From: a virus
DNA: 64,000 nucleotides
Reading direction: 5' to 3' (one strand)
Virus record (IMG/VR): IMGVR_UViG_3300045988_085724
Span: 33,123 to 97,122 of that record
In this document: in pieces, positions 35,739-43,456 of the stretch
How positions within the stretch are numbered: position 1 is the stretch's first letter
Layout of the letters: every line of letters starts with the position of its first letter
The notes under the pieces: model-generated
Database searches by the model: none
What the model saw: the letters and a program-made list of their open reading frames with translations, nothing else
Told to the model about the DNA's origin: nothing
Made by a program: the position numbers and the translations under genes

Positions 35739-36000
35739 TAGCCCATGTAGGTATCGATCCCACTCCTTCGGGGTTCTTCCAACATCATGTCACCATGACC
35801 GTAAAACGTTGTTGGCTGGACTTTGTCTTCACCATGCTTTCGTTTAGGTGTCTCGTATAAAGTCTCTACACTCGGTATTTAAACCTAGCTCGGCGTTATC
35901 TACTAGAGACGTTCGCCGACTTAGCGAGATGTTCATCTAAATGTTTCCAAATAGAGCTCCACCAAAGAGCCCGACGTGCTAGCCAGTACACAAATGGGCA
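35739..36000 (-). tRNA. amber-suppressor tRNA(CUA), Gln-like body, interrupted by a group I intron
   Basis: Exon 1 (36000-35966) is TGCCCAT-TT-GTGT-ACTGGCTA-GCAC-G-TCGGG-CTCT. Exon 2 (35775-35739) is AAC-CCCGA-AGGA-GTGGG-ATCGATA-CCTAC-ATGGGCT-A. Joined, they form a 72-nt cloverleaf with anticodon loop CTCTAAC (anticodon CTA). Confidence 0.8.
35776..35965 (-). ncRNA. group I intron (190 nt, no ORF) between anticodon positions 35 and 36
   Basis: P1 pairs exon GCUCU with intron GGAGC, with a U.G at the splice site. P10 pairs GGU, adjacent to the internal guide sequence, with ACC of exon 2. The intron ends in G. It has R-like GUAGAGACUUUA and S-like GAAGACAAAGUCC elements (P7 GACUUU/AAAGUC) and GAAA- and GUGA-capped hairpins. 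Confidence 0.75.
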
Positions 36001-36216
36001 ATAATGTTGACATTTGTATCCCTCTGCCAACGAAGGGTGTAATTTATGCATCATTACAAAGCCGGACCTCATTCGTGTCGTTGTCTTCGCAGGACAATTA
36101 ACCGATCCTGTGCAATCGGTTTGATTATTTCGTAATCAACGCATATTTTATAAACTATCGTTTACTAAATATGAAAGTAATATAACCTCCTTTCTTAAGG
36201 GAGATTAATATTTGGG

Positions 36217-36435
36217 TTATACAAATAAAGATATGACTATTATTTGTAAAGCTTGGCCGATTACTCCGCCAATTTCACCAGCGGCTATGTCTAACCAATC
36301 AAACTTACCGCCATTTTGTTTATCTTTAAATTCCATACCGAATGCCAATCCTGTACTAAACAGTATTGTGCCAATGAAGGCTGCTGGTATAGAATATAAA
36401 AGATGTTTTGGTCTGTTACTTTCTTTTAACCACAT
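36217..36435 (-). CDS. small two-TM membrane protein (72 aa)
   Basis: Intact ORF with two hydrophobic helices. Confidence 0.5.
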   Translation of the reverse strand: MWLKESNRPKHLLYSIPAAFIGTILFSTGLAFGMEFKDKQNGGKFDWLDIAAGEIGGVIGQALQIIVISLFV

Positions 36436-36500
36436 ATTATTTGTATATTTATGTTTAAATAAAAAATTTACATTATGAAAATTCTCATCATTATGGATAG

Positions 36501-36570
36501 AACCTTATGCCGGAATCGAACCGACCTAGTAGCTTTGTATCGCCTGACTCCACCAGTTGTCTTATAAGGT
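36501..36570 (-). tRNA. tRNA-like gene with an unresolvable anticodon arm
   Basis: It has a perfect 7-bp acceptor (ACCTTAT/ATAAGGT), a D arm (GAC..GTC) and a T arm (GTCGG-TTCGATT-CCGGC). I can pair no 5-bp/7-nt anticodon arm in GGCGATACAAAGCTACTAG. Confidence 0.35.
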
Positions 36571-36607
36571 TACATTTGTTAATATGAGCTCAATTATAAG
36601 TATGGAG

Positions 36608-36689
36608 CGCAGAGCCCAGGATTTGAACCTTGATTCTTCTGATAATCACCAAAGGTTAATCAGATGTTTTACCTTATAAACTACTCCGC
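36608..36689 (-). tRNA. tRNA-like gene with a 27-nt anticodon arm (10 extra nt)
   Basis: Acceptor is GCGGAGT/GCTCTGC, D arm GTTT-ATAAGGTA-AAAC, T arm CAAGG-TTCAAAT-CCTGG. The anticodon position is TCTGAT-N15-ATCAGA. Confidence 0.35.
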
Positions 36690-36717
36690 GAGGAATTTCT
36701 TAACTGTGTTCATGTCG

Positions 36718-36792
36718 TGGGCGCTGATGGATTCGAACCACCGACCACCTACTTGTAAGGCAGGTGCTCTAAACCAGCTGAGCTAAGCGCCC
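36718..36792 (-). tRNA. tRNA-Val(UAC)
   Basis: GGGCGCTTAGCTCAGCTGGTTTAGAGCACCTGCCTTACAAGTAGGTGGTCGGTGGTTCGAATCCATCAGCGCCCA forms a canonical cloverleaf with anticodon loop CTTACAA. Confidence 0.85.
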
Positions 36793-36841
36793 AAAGTACA
36801 GTGTTTGAGGTACACCGTAAAACCTAGTTTTAGTAACCAAC

Positions 36842-37144
36842 TTATTTCTTTCGTGTGATCCAATCCCAGAAACGAGCAAAGATGTTCTTTTTCTTAGGAG
36901 TCTCTTTCTCTGTCTCATTAGCAATAGGAGCAAATGCCTTTGTAAGTGCTTCTGTAACAAGAGCACTAATTCTTTCAGTTGAAAGAATTGCCTCACTTAC
37001 TGCATGACCAACAGTAGCGTTGTATTCAAATTTAGTGATAGGTACACCAGCATTAACTTTCTCTTTTGCTATTGCTACAAATACATCAACATCATCGATG
37101 CATTCTGTAAGATCTACTACAAATGTATATTTATTCTTTTTCAT
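36842..37144 (-). CDS. hypothetical protein (100 aa)
   Basis: Runs from ATG 37144 (MKKNKYTFVV..) to TAA 36842. The track start at 37174 is a non-ATG extension. Confidence 0.55.
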   Translation of the reverse strand: MKKNKYTFVVDLTECIDDVDVFVAIAKEKVNAGVPITKFEYNATVGHAVSEAILSTERISALVTEALTKAFAPIANETEKETPKKKNIFARFWDWITRKK

Positions 37145-37164
37145 AATACCGATATTAATTATTT

Positions 37165-37548
37165 TTACTCGCATTTACAACAGTCACAGCTACATGATCC
37201 TTTGCAGATAGAATAAGCTGCGTCAATCATTGCATCATTCTTTTTTGCCTCTTCTCGTTTGATATAAGCAAGAACGTTCTCCTTCCAGTCTTTGTTCTTT
37301 ATTACAATCACAGGATAAATAATCCAATCTTCATCGTAGAACGTTACGATAATATCACCTTTATCTGCCTTGAGTACCACATCTTTTCCGTTCTTTTTAT
37401 AACGAATCTCCATGTCCTCTGGTGCAATATAACATTCATTGACGCTGCATCTAAACGGAGCAATTGTTTCGACTGTCTGCTTATTAAAATCTATGAATAC
37501 CGGACGTTTTACGTATTTACCGGTTCCAATAAAACTAAGTGTCTTCAT
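37165..37548 (-). CDS. hypothetical protein with a Cys-rich C-terminus (CKGSCSCDCCKCE)
   Basis: Intact 127-aa ORF ending in TAA. Confidence 0.6.
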   Translation of the reverse strand: MKTLSFIGTGKYVKRPVFIDFNKQTVETIAPFRCSVNECYIAPEDMEIRYKKNGKDVVLKADKGDIIVTFYDEDWIIYPVIVIKNKDWKENVLAYIKREEAKKNDAMIDAAYSICKGSCSCDCCKCE

Positions 37549-37751
37549 CTGTACGTTTGTTTTTTATTTGTTTTAAATCTGGTTTTCAGCTTAAACTTAA
37601 ATAGCGTATTGAATAGTATGTCTTTAGTTTCATCTCCTTTCATTAAGTTTACTGTCTGTTTAAAAGGATGTTTACATACACTACTTACAATCTATTCATC
37701 TATGTTAAGTTTTTTAGATACTTCTTTTACGACATCATCTATATCAATCAT
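37545..37751 (-). CDS. small protein (68 codons) with one in-frame TAG
   Basis: ATG 37751 overlaps the upstream TGA (ATGATTGA); the stop is TGA 37545-37547, overlapping the next ATG (ATGA). It is not in the ORF track. Confidence 0.5.
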
Positions 37752-38151
37752 TCTTTACAGCTACAATATCGAAATATCTGATAAGTCTACTATCTTTAAG
37801 TAGATCAAAAGGCATTGTTCTAGTCTGTTTGTAAAGAATAACATCTCCAACTTTTATTTCCATCAAAGTTGAATGGTTATTAGTTTCTTTGTATGTAATA
37901 GGAACTTTAATTACAACACCTTGCTGATAATCAGATTCTACTTCTTTTACCTCGGTTTTAGGGGTTCCTTCAATGGCTTCTACGCCATCAGCATCCTTAA
38001 CCGGTTTACTATTTGGAAGTTCTGTAACTTCCTTCTTTACCATAATCTTGTCCAGCGGTTTTACAAGAAAGCAATCGTGAAATGTATAAGGGATCTTTTC
38101 AGCAACGCTCTCTGCTAACTGCGACTGATTTATCAATTTCTCTTCGTTCAT
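37744..38151 (-). CDS. GroES/gp31-like co-chaperonin candidate
   Basis: 135 aa. The C-terminal ..GVVIKVP..IKVGDVILYKQ..IRYFDIVAVK.. matches the GroES beta-barrel pattern. Confidence 0.45.
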   Translation of the reverse strand: MNEEKLINQSQLAESVAEKIPYTFHDCFLVKPLDKIMVKKEVTELPNSKPVKDADGVEAIEGTPKTEVKEVESDYQQGVVIKVPITYKETNNHSTLMEIKVGDVILYKQTRTMPFDLLKDSRLIRYFDIVAVKND

Positions 38152-38549
38152 TTTCTAAGGTTCTTTAGGTAGTTAAGAGTCTTAATGAGATTTTTAAGTA
38201 CAGTAGTCTTTTCTACTTTAAGGCATTCGGGAGCATTATTCATATCAGAGTCAATGTTCTTGAGATCGCTTGTGTATGTATTAAGCATCTTATCAATCTC
38301 ATCGAATACATTCACGAAAGGCTTCTTAGGTTCGTCCATATCAACAATTCCCTCTTCTGCCATTTCCTTCATATAATCGGCGGATACTGTAAATTCTGAT
38401 GTAAGCGATGATTTAAAATCGCCAGAATCATCAGTACGAGTAAACTCATCATGCTGCTTAGCAGTATAACTCCCATCTTCATTCAGCTCAAATGTATCAC
38501 CAGGAACCAAATGCATAAACGGTTTAATAACATTTAATGTTTTTGTCAT
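38148..38549 (-). CDS. hypothetical protein (133 aa), first gene of the minus arm
   Basis: Runs from ATG 38549 (MTKTLNVIKPF..) to TGA 38148. Upstream lies the divergent intergenic region. Confidence 0.6.
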   Translation of the reverse strand: MTKTLNVIKPFMHLVPGDTFELNEDGSYTAKQHDEFTRTDDSGDFKSSLTSEFTVSADYMKEMAEEGIVDMDEPKKPFVNVFDEIDKMLNTYTSDLKNIDSDMNNAPECLKVEKTTVLKNLIKTLNYLKNLRK

Positions 38550-38732
38550 AGCTTCTATTTTTGTTTTACGCCGCCTTAACGTAATGACATATACATTTGG
38601 TTGCAATAGGTAAATATTTTTATAATTTTGCAACTTTTTCGTGTATTTTACGTTATGTCGGCATAAGAAGGGGGACTATAGGGGGTTAATAAACTTATAT
38701 AGTCTATATTAACATAAGACTAATAGATTTGT

Positions 38733-39071
38733 ATGAATGATATAGAATTAAATGCTATTTTATACTACGCTGATCTTCTAAGTCTAAAAGAAACTTCTAC
38801 GCCAGTAACAGATAACTGTAAGTGGTATTTCGTACATAACATGCCTATGAATAGTGCATGTATAGTAAATCTAATGCCTACATATGATGAAAATAATAAA
38901 TATTTCATACAGGCTAAAGAAGATTACTATAGACTAAAAGAGAAGTTCTTAGACGATGGGGTTGAAAGTATTGTAGGACACATATGCAATTTGGATGCTC
39001 TTGGTTGTATAAATGCAGAGCAAATGCTCAAGTGTATACACCAATATAGTTCCCGTAGGGAACGAGCATAG
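38733..39071 (+). CDS. hypothetical protein, first gene of the plus arm; ends in TAG with a 46-codon stop-free extension to 39212
   Basis: Intact ORF. The stop is TAG 39069-39071, and the next in-frame stop is TAA 39210-39212. Confidence 0.6.
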   Translation: MNDIELNAILYYADLLSLKETSTPVTDNCKWYFVHNMPMNSACIVNLMPTYDENNKYFIQAKEDYYRLKEKFLDDGVESIVGHICNLDALGCINAEQMLKCIHQYSSRRERA

Positions 39072-39286
39072 TCATTCAGTAAATACTATAATTGGAAGAA
39101 TAATCAAATATTTACGCATAAAACAATCAATGAGAACGGAGATGTAGTAGAACAAGAATGTACAAAATATGTGTTACACGCTGAAATAGGCCGCAGAGGA
39201 CATACGCTTTAAGAAAGCAGTAGAATGGCTAAAAAAGGATTAGAAAGCCCGGTTAAAAAACGGGTATTACGATAAAGATAATTTAT

Positions 39287-39649
39287 ATGGGAAAGATTTG
39301 TAAATACGCTAATATATATAGCAAAGAGTGCACTTCTTATAATTGTAAAGACCACATTATACGTCATGTAGACGATAATGGCGTACTTAAGGGCTATACA
39401 ATGGAAGAGCTCGAACAATTAGTAGACAACCTTGGTAACGATAAAGATGAGAACGGTAAAATACGTAACATTGAAGCTTTCAATAACGCATCATCTATAC
39501 TGTTACAGTACTATCAGAAATACGGATATCCGCACAAAGACGAGTTGTTAAATATGTTAAGTAAAGCAAAACAACGTCCGATTGAAGAACAAGTAACTGA
39601 CGCACTAAACGATACATACGATGAATACGAAGAAATTAAAAAAGCCTAA
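39287..39649 (+). CDS. hypothetical protein (120 aa)
   Basis: Intact ORF ending in TAA. Confidence 0.6.
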   Translation: MGKICKYANIYSKECTSYNCKDHIIRHVDDNGVLKGYTMEELEQLVDNLGNDKDENGKIRNIEAFNNASSILLQYYQKYGYPHKDELLNMLSKAKQRPIEEQVTDALNDTYDEYEEIKKA

Positions 39650-40052
39650 CGTATATTCGTATAAATGCGATATATATCCAACCAAATTAGACATAATGTT
39701 TGATATAAATTGCATAGAATATTTAAACGATACATACGGCTGGGCAGCTGCTCCAGATGCACTATTTGTACAAGATGACGATGATCACTATGGTTCTACA
39801 TATGATCTATTATACAATAAACTCGATATGTACAAAACAATATTAGTTGTATTCGATGGAATACCATCTTCTCCACAAATGGCGCATGAAGCATTTCACG
39901 TAGCAAATGGTATCCTAAAGAGCGTAGATCTCGAATTTAATTACAGTAAAAATACAGGCAACGAGCATTTAGCTTACATAATAGAATGGGCAGTTAAATG
40001 TATGTGCGATGCTATAGAAAAAGAAAAGAAATGCAAAAAGAAGACAAAGTAA
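39621..40052 (+). CDS. putative zinc metallopeptidase (HExxH)
   Basis: Carries the HEAFH motif in ..PQMAHEAFHVANGIL.. Confidence 0.4.
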   Translation: MNTKKLKKPNVYSYKCDIYPTKLDIMFDINCIEYLNDTYGWAAAPDALFVQDDDDHYGSTYDLLYNKLDMYKTILVVFDGIPSSPQMAHEAFHVANGILKSVDLEFNYSKNTGNEHLAYIIEWAVKCMCDAIEKEKKCKKKTK

Positions 40053-40279
40053 ATCACCCGTCACATTATCTTTGGCTAAAAGATAAAGCGGGTATTGAAG
40101 TAATAGATATTACCAGACATATGGATTTTGACCTCGGTAACGCTATAAAATACATTTTAAGGGCTGGTCATAAAACTGAAGAAGGATACGACGATAAAGC
40201 TAAGACCGTAGAGGATCTTAAGAAAGCAGTTTGGTATATTAACGATAAAATTAAAACATTAGAAAATGAAACTAATTGA
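40031..40279 (+). CDS. DUF3310-family protein
   Basis: Reads ..VNHPSHY..IEVIDI..GNAIKYILRAGHK..EDLKKA.WYI.. from ATG 40031. Confidence 0.65.
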   Translation: MQKEDKVNHPSHYLWLKDKAGIEVIDITRHMDFDLGNAIKYILRAGHKTEEGYDDKAKTVEDLKKAVWYINDKIKTLENETN

Positions 40280-41057
40280 GCAATCAGCAGAGATTTGTAA
40301 AACACACGGTTATACATTACAAGATATCTATAAAGATATAGAGCGTGCTGCTAGAGTATCGTATAAATCTGAAGACAAGATAACTGAAGATAGTGCTGAA
40401 AAGATGGTTGAACGCCTCATAAATATGAAGCATTATAGTCCATTAGAGTTTGGTACTGTATATCTTGAAATTGACGACATAGATAAGGTTCAAAAATACA
40501 TAAATAACCCATATTCAAGAGTAAGCGGAAATTGCTATGTAACAACTAACTATAGAGTTATAATAGAAAATCATTGGCAACAAGATCTTAAATACTTAGT
40601 AGAACCTACTAGATTTCATATGCGTCGTATAACAGCTCATTTCATAACAAACAGAGCTGTATCACATGAATTGGTGCGTCATAGATCTATGTCGTTTATG
40701 CAAGAATCACAACGCTACTGTAACTACTCTAAGGGTAAGTTCAATAATGAATTGACATTCATATATTCTGTATCAATGTACAGTGAAACTATATCACTGC
40801 ATAGTGAAAATAGTTACGTAGATTTTCTTACTGCAGCAGAAAATAAATACATGGATCTTATAGATAAAGGATGGAAACCACAACAAGCACGTATAGTATT
40901 ACCAAATGCTACTAAAACAGAGCTATATATGTGTGGATTTGAGGATGATTGGGATCATTTCTTTGACTTAAGAGATAAAGACGTAGTAGATCCTCAGATG
41001 TATGATTTAGCACATAAATTACATTTAGAATTCATAGAGAAAGGTAAATGCAAATGA
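40266..41057 (+). CDS. thyX: FAD-dependent thymidylate synthase ThyX
   Basis: Carries the ThyX signature RHRSMSFMQESQRY. Confidence 0.85.
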   Translation: MKLIEQSAEICKTHGYTLQDIYKDIERAARVSYKSEDKITEDSAEKMVERLINMKHYSPLEFGTVYLEIDDIDKVQKYINNPYSRVSGNCYVTTNYRVIIENHWQQDLKYLVEPTRFHMRRITAHFITNRAVSHELVRHRSMSFMQESQRYCNYSKGKFNNELTFIYSVSMYSETISLHSENSYVDFLTAAENKYMDLIDKGWKPQQARIVLPNATKTELYMCGFEDDWDHFFDLRDKDVVDPQMYDLAHKLHLEFIEKGKCK

Positions 41058-41221
41058 AAAAACAATTAGATGAAACTGAGCGTAATAGAATGCTCAAGTT
41101 AATTGATGAAGCTAAGAAACGTGGAGAAGACGGAATAGCTAGTATGCTACAATTAGCTATAGATCTTAGTGATAAAGGGGAATACGATAAATTCATACAA
41201 ATATTTAGTGAAAATGATTGA
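41054..41221 (+). CDS. small protein (55 aa)
   Basis: ATGA overlap with the thyX stop. It is below the track cutoff. Confidence 0.4.
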   Translation: MKKQLDETERNRMLKLIDEAKKRGEDGIASMLQLAIDLSDKGEYDKFIQIFSEND

Positions 41222-41417
41222 AACGTTATTACAATTGTCGGTCATAATTGGTATAGGTTTCTTTGTCGCCTGGGTAGTATCTCCAGATAAAAACGTAGAA
41301 ACATATAGGAAATATATTAAAAATATAATCGAATCTATCATAACTGACGCATTTAGTTTATATCCAGACCAGAAAGATGCGATAATATATATTAGAAAGA
41401 GATTATTGGGTAATTAA
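41214..41417 (+). CDS. small membrane protein (67 aa)
   Basis: ATG 41214 overlaps the previous stop. Hydrophobic segment LLQLSVIIGIGFFVAWVV. Confidence 0.45.
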   Translation: MIETLLQLSVIIGIGFFVAWVVSPDKNVETYRKYIKNIIESIITDAFSLYPDQKDAIIYIRKRLLGN

Positions 41418-41421
41418 TATA

Positions 41422-41460
41422 ATCCGGGTTAGCCTAGCTAGCTCGGATTTTTTATTTTTA
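41422..41460 (+). terminator. rho-independent terminator closing the thyX block
   Basis: ATCCGGGTTAGC-CTA-GCTAGCTCGGAT followed by TTTTTTATTTTTATTTTTT. Confidence 0.7.
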
Positions 41461-41484
41461 TTTTTTAAAATTTTTTATTTTACA

Positions 41485-41537
41485 GGCATATAAAGAGGAA
41501 ACAAAAAATTTATTTTATGGACATAAAAAGAGGAAAC
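41485..41537 (+). repeat. direct repeat GGCATATAAAGAGGAAAC / GGACATAAAAAGAGGAAAC
   Basis: Two copies lie 34 nt apart, immediately after the terminator. Confidence 0.6.
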
Positions 41538-41639
41538 TCTATTGGTTAGTCCCCCGGGATGTTTTAGCGGATGGAAGCACCCCCACCTAAACGTTCCAGA
41601 CTCCGAATACTGAACCAAGTCAGATTAAAACTTAAAATT

Positions 41640-41816
41640 ATGAGTAGATTGGATTCTTTCTTGTTTGTAGTGATAGCATTCGGCATATTGCTGATGTATG
41701 TAATCACAATGATAGACATCGTTGGATTTGGGGATAAGATATTATTCACAATTGTCTTCTTGCCAATGATTGTGGTTTGCCTATACATACTAAAAGAAGT
41801 ATGGAGTAACAAATAA
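41640..41816 (+). CDS. small membrane protein (58 aa)
   Basis: ATG 41640; MSRLDSFLFVVIAFGILLMYVITMIDIVGF.. Confidence 0.45.
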   Translation: MSRLDSFLFVVIAFGILLMYVITMIDIVGFGDKILFTIVFLPMIVVCLYILKEVWSNK

Positions 41817-41857
41817 GCTGTGTGGTGTGCACGTCATTTGGCGTGTGCACTTCACAC

Positions 41858-41873
41858 TTAAACTGTCCATACA
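41858..41873 (+). promoter_or_regulatory. early-cassette motif TTAAACTGTCCATACA (copy 1)
   Basis: Lies 8 nt after a 9-bp hairpin (41825-41850) and 50 nt before ATG 41924. Confidence 0.55.
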
Positions 41874-41923
41874 TACTACTCTAATCACATGCAATATTGC
41901 ACTAACATTAAATTAACAAACAT

Positions 41924-42244
41924 ATGCTTACATTACATCAATTCACAGCCTATTGCAAACGTCATAACCTCACTGCCGTAGTCATGTCGGCAACGTTCAT
42001 GATACATAACGACGAATGCATTGGCGAAAGTATAAAACTCTCACAAGACGACCCCAATTCGTATAAAAAGCATCAAGAAGGTTTGCTCACATACGACACT
42101 GTTCGCATGCTGTCTCCAGCTGATGCATACGACAAATTGCAGTATGCATTCTCAACTCCCGAAGATCTCGTAAAAGCACACATGCATTCATTAATGCCTA
42201 AGCGTGCCGTATTCTCAAACAACGTCGAAGACCTTCCGTTCTAA
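41924..42244 (+). CDS. early hypothetical protein (106 aa)
   Basis: Intact ORF ending in TAA, in a GC-richer block. Confidence 0.6.
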   Translation: MLTLHQFTAYCKRHNLTAVVMSATFMIHNDECIGESIKLSQDDPNSYKKHQEGLLTYDTVRMLSPADAYDKLQYAFSTPEDLVKAHMHSLMPKRAVFSNNVEDLPF

Positions 42245-42287
42245 CTACACAACAAGCGGCGCACCTTGCGTGCGTTGCTTTGTGTTC

Positions 42288-42303
42288 TTAAACTGTCCAT
42301 ACA
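42288..42303 (+). promoter_or_regulatory. early-cassette motif TTAAACTGTCCATACA (copy 2)
   Basis: Identical 16-mer, after hairpin GCGGCGCAC-CTTG-CGTGCGTTGC and 40 nt before ATG 42344. Confidence 0.55.
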
Positions 42304-42343
42304 AAGTCAGCTCTATCATAATGCATAACTAAAACATACAATT

Positions 42344-42541
42344 ATGGAAAAGACAAAGATGAAACCGATAGAGGTTTGGCGTGTCGGTATACAAAATGGC
42401 GCTAACTGTGGTTATAATTGGACATGGTCTCCTGAGTTCCCAAGCTTTGACGCAATAATAGCAGCCTATCACGATTGGTTTGTTGCTAATCCTATGCGTC
42501 GCATACAATTCCGCAAGGAAACCAAGTTCATACCAGCGTAA
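42344..42541 (+). CDS. early hypothetical protein (65 aa)
   Basis: Intact ORF ending in TAA. Confidence 0.55.
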   Translation: MEKTKMKPIEVWRVGIQNGANCGYNWTWSPEFPSFDAIIAAYHDWFVANPMRRIQFRKETKFIPA

Positions 42542-42614
42542 CTACATGGGCATTGGTGCAGCTTTGCTGTGCCTTTGCCCTTTTCTTTTGCAATCTTTTA
42601 AACACATTATACAT

Positions 42615-42908
42615 ATGAAACATTTGTTCGTACTCTTCATGTTGTCATTCACACTGACAGCAGCTGTAGCCACACAGCGAGACACAGTTGGCATTACAGA
42701 CAACGTTACTAAAACTATCGTAGACCAACAACTTGTCAATGGCAAGCATGTCACACGATACTATGTTATTGCTGGAGGTAGACTCATTCCCTCTAATAGA
42801 GAGACTGTACATGCTATCGAACTTTGCCGTAAATACAACGCTAAATGCGCTCTTGCGGCTGTTGTGAACACCAAGACTAAGCGTGTATTGCGCATTATTC
42901 TTGATTAA
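42615..42908 (+). CDS. early secreted/anchored protein (97 aa)
   Basis: ATG 42615; signal-like MKHLFVLFMLSFTLTAAVA. Confidence 0.5.
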   Translation: MKHLFVLFMLSFTLTAAVATQRDTVGITDNVTKTIVDQQLVNGKHVTRYYVIAGGRLIPSNRETVHAIELCRKYNAKCALAAVVNTKTKRVLRIILD

Positions 42909-42947
42909 TCAATGGGCTAATTGGGTCACTTTGTGACCCTTTTGGCC

Positions 42948-42963
42948 CTAAACTTTCCATACA
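42948..42963 (+). promoter_or_regulatory. early-cassette motif CTAAACTTTCCATACA (copy 3)
   Basis: Follows hairpin GGGTCAC-TTTG-TGACCC and lies 36 nt before ATG 43000. Confidence 0.55.
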
Positions 42964-42999
42964 CACGGCTTAATTTATATGCACTAAAAATACACAATT

Positions 43000-43251
43000 A
43001 TGAAAAATTCAGCATTATTTATCGTTCTGGCCTTTGCATTAGGCCTTGGTGTTGGTCTCTATTCAGGTTATCGTAATGGTATGCGCAATCCTGACTTCTG
43101 TAACTACGTTGAGAACCTTGAACGTGTGGACAGCTGTTCACGTGTTCTTGTCGATAGGCATGATTTACCTGACATTGATGGTTCAGATGAAATGTCTGAT
43201 TTGCTTCAGGCATATCATGATATTGACGAGTTCTTGGATGACAACATCTAA
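43000..43251 (+). CDS. early membrane-anchored protein (83 aa)
   Basis: Starts MKNSALFIVLAFALGLGVGLYSGY. Confidence 0.55.
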   Translation: MKNSALFIVLAFALGLGVGLYSGYRNGMRNPDFCNYVENLERVDSCSRVLVDRHDLPDIDGSDEMSDLLQAYHDIDEFLDDNI

Positions 43252-43396
43252 GCACAATTCCACTGAGCACCGCGCAAGCGGTTGCTCTCTGGAACATATG
43301 CATTGCAAACGTTATTTTGCACTATGGATATATGCTTTGCAAATATCGGAAACAATCCCAACGTAGCCTGTATATTTTAGCGAATCATTTTTGCCC

Positions 43397-43411
43397 CTAA
43401 ACTTCCCATAC
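43397..43411 (+). promoter_or_regulatory. early-cassette motif CTAAACTTCCCATAC (copy 4)
   Basis: Lies downstream of hairpin GCACCGC-GCAA-GCGGTTGC and 45 nt before ATG 43457. Confidence 0.5.
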
Positions 43412-43456
43412 TTCGACTACTTGAGGAACATGCATTAACAACTAAATTTTACAAAT

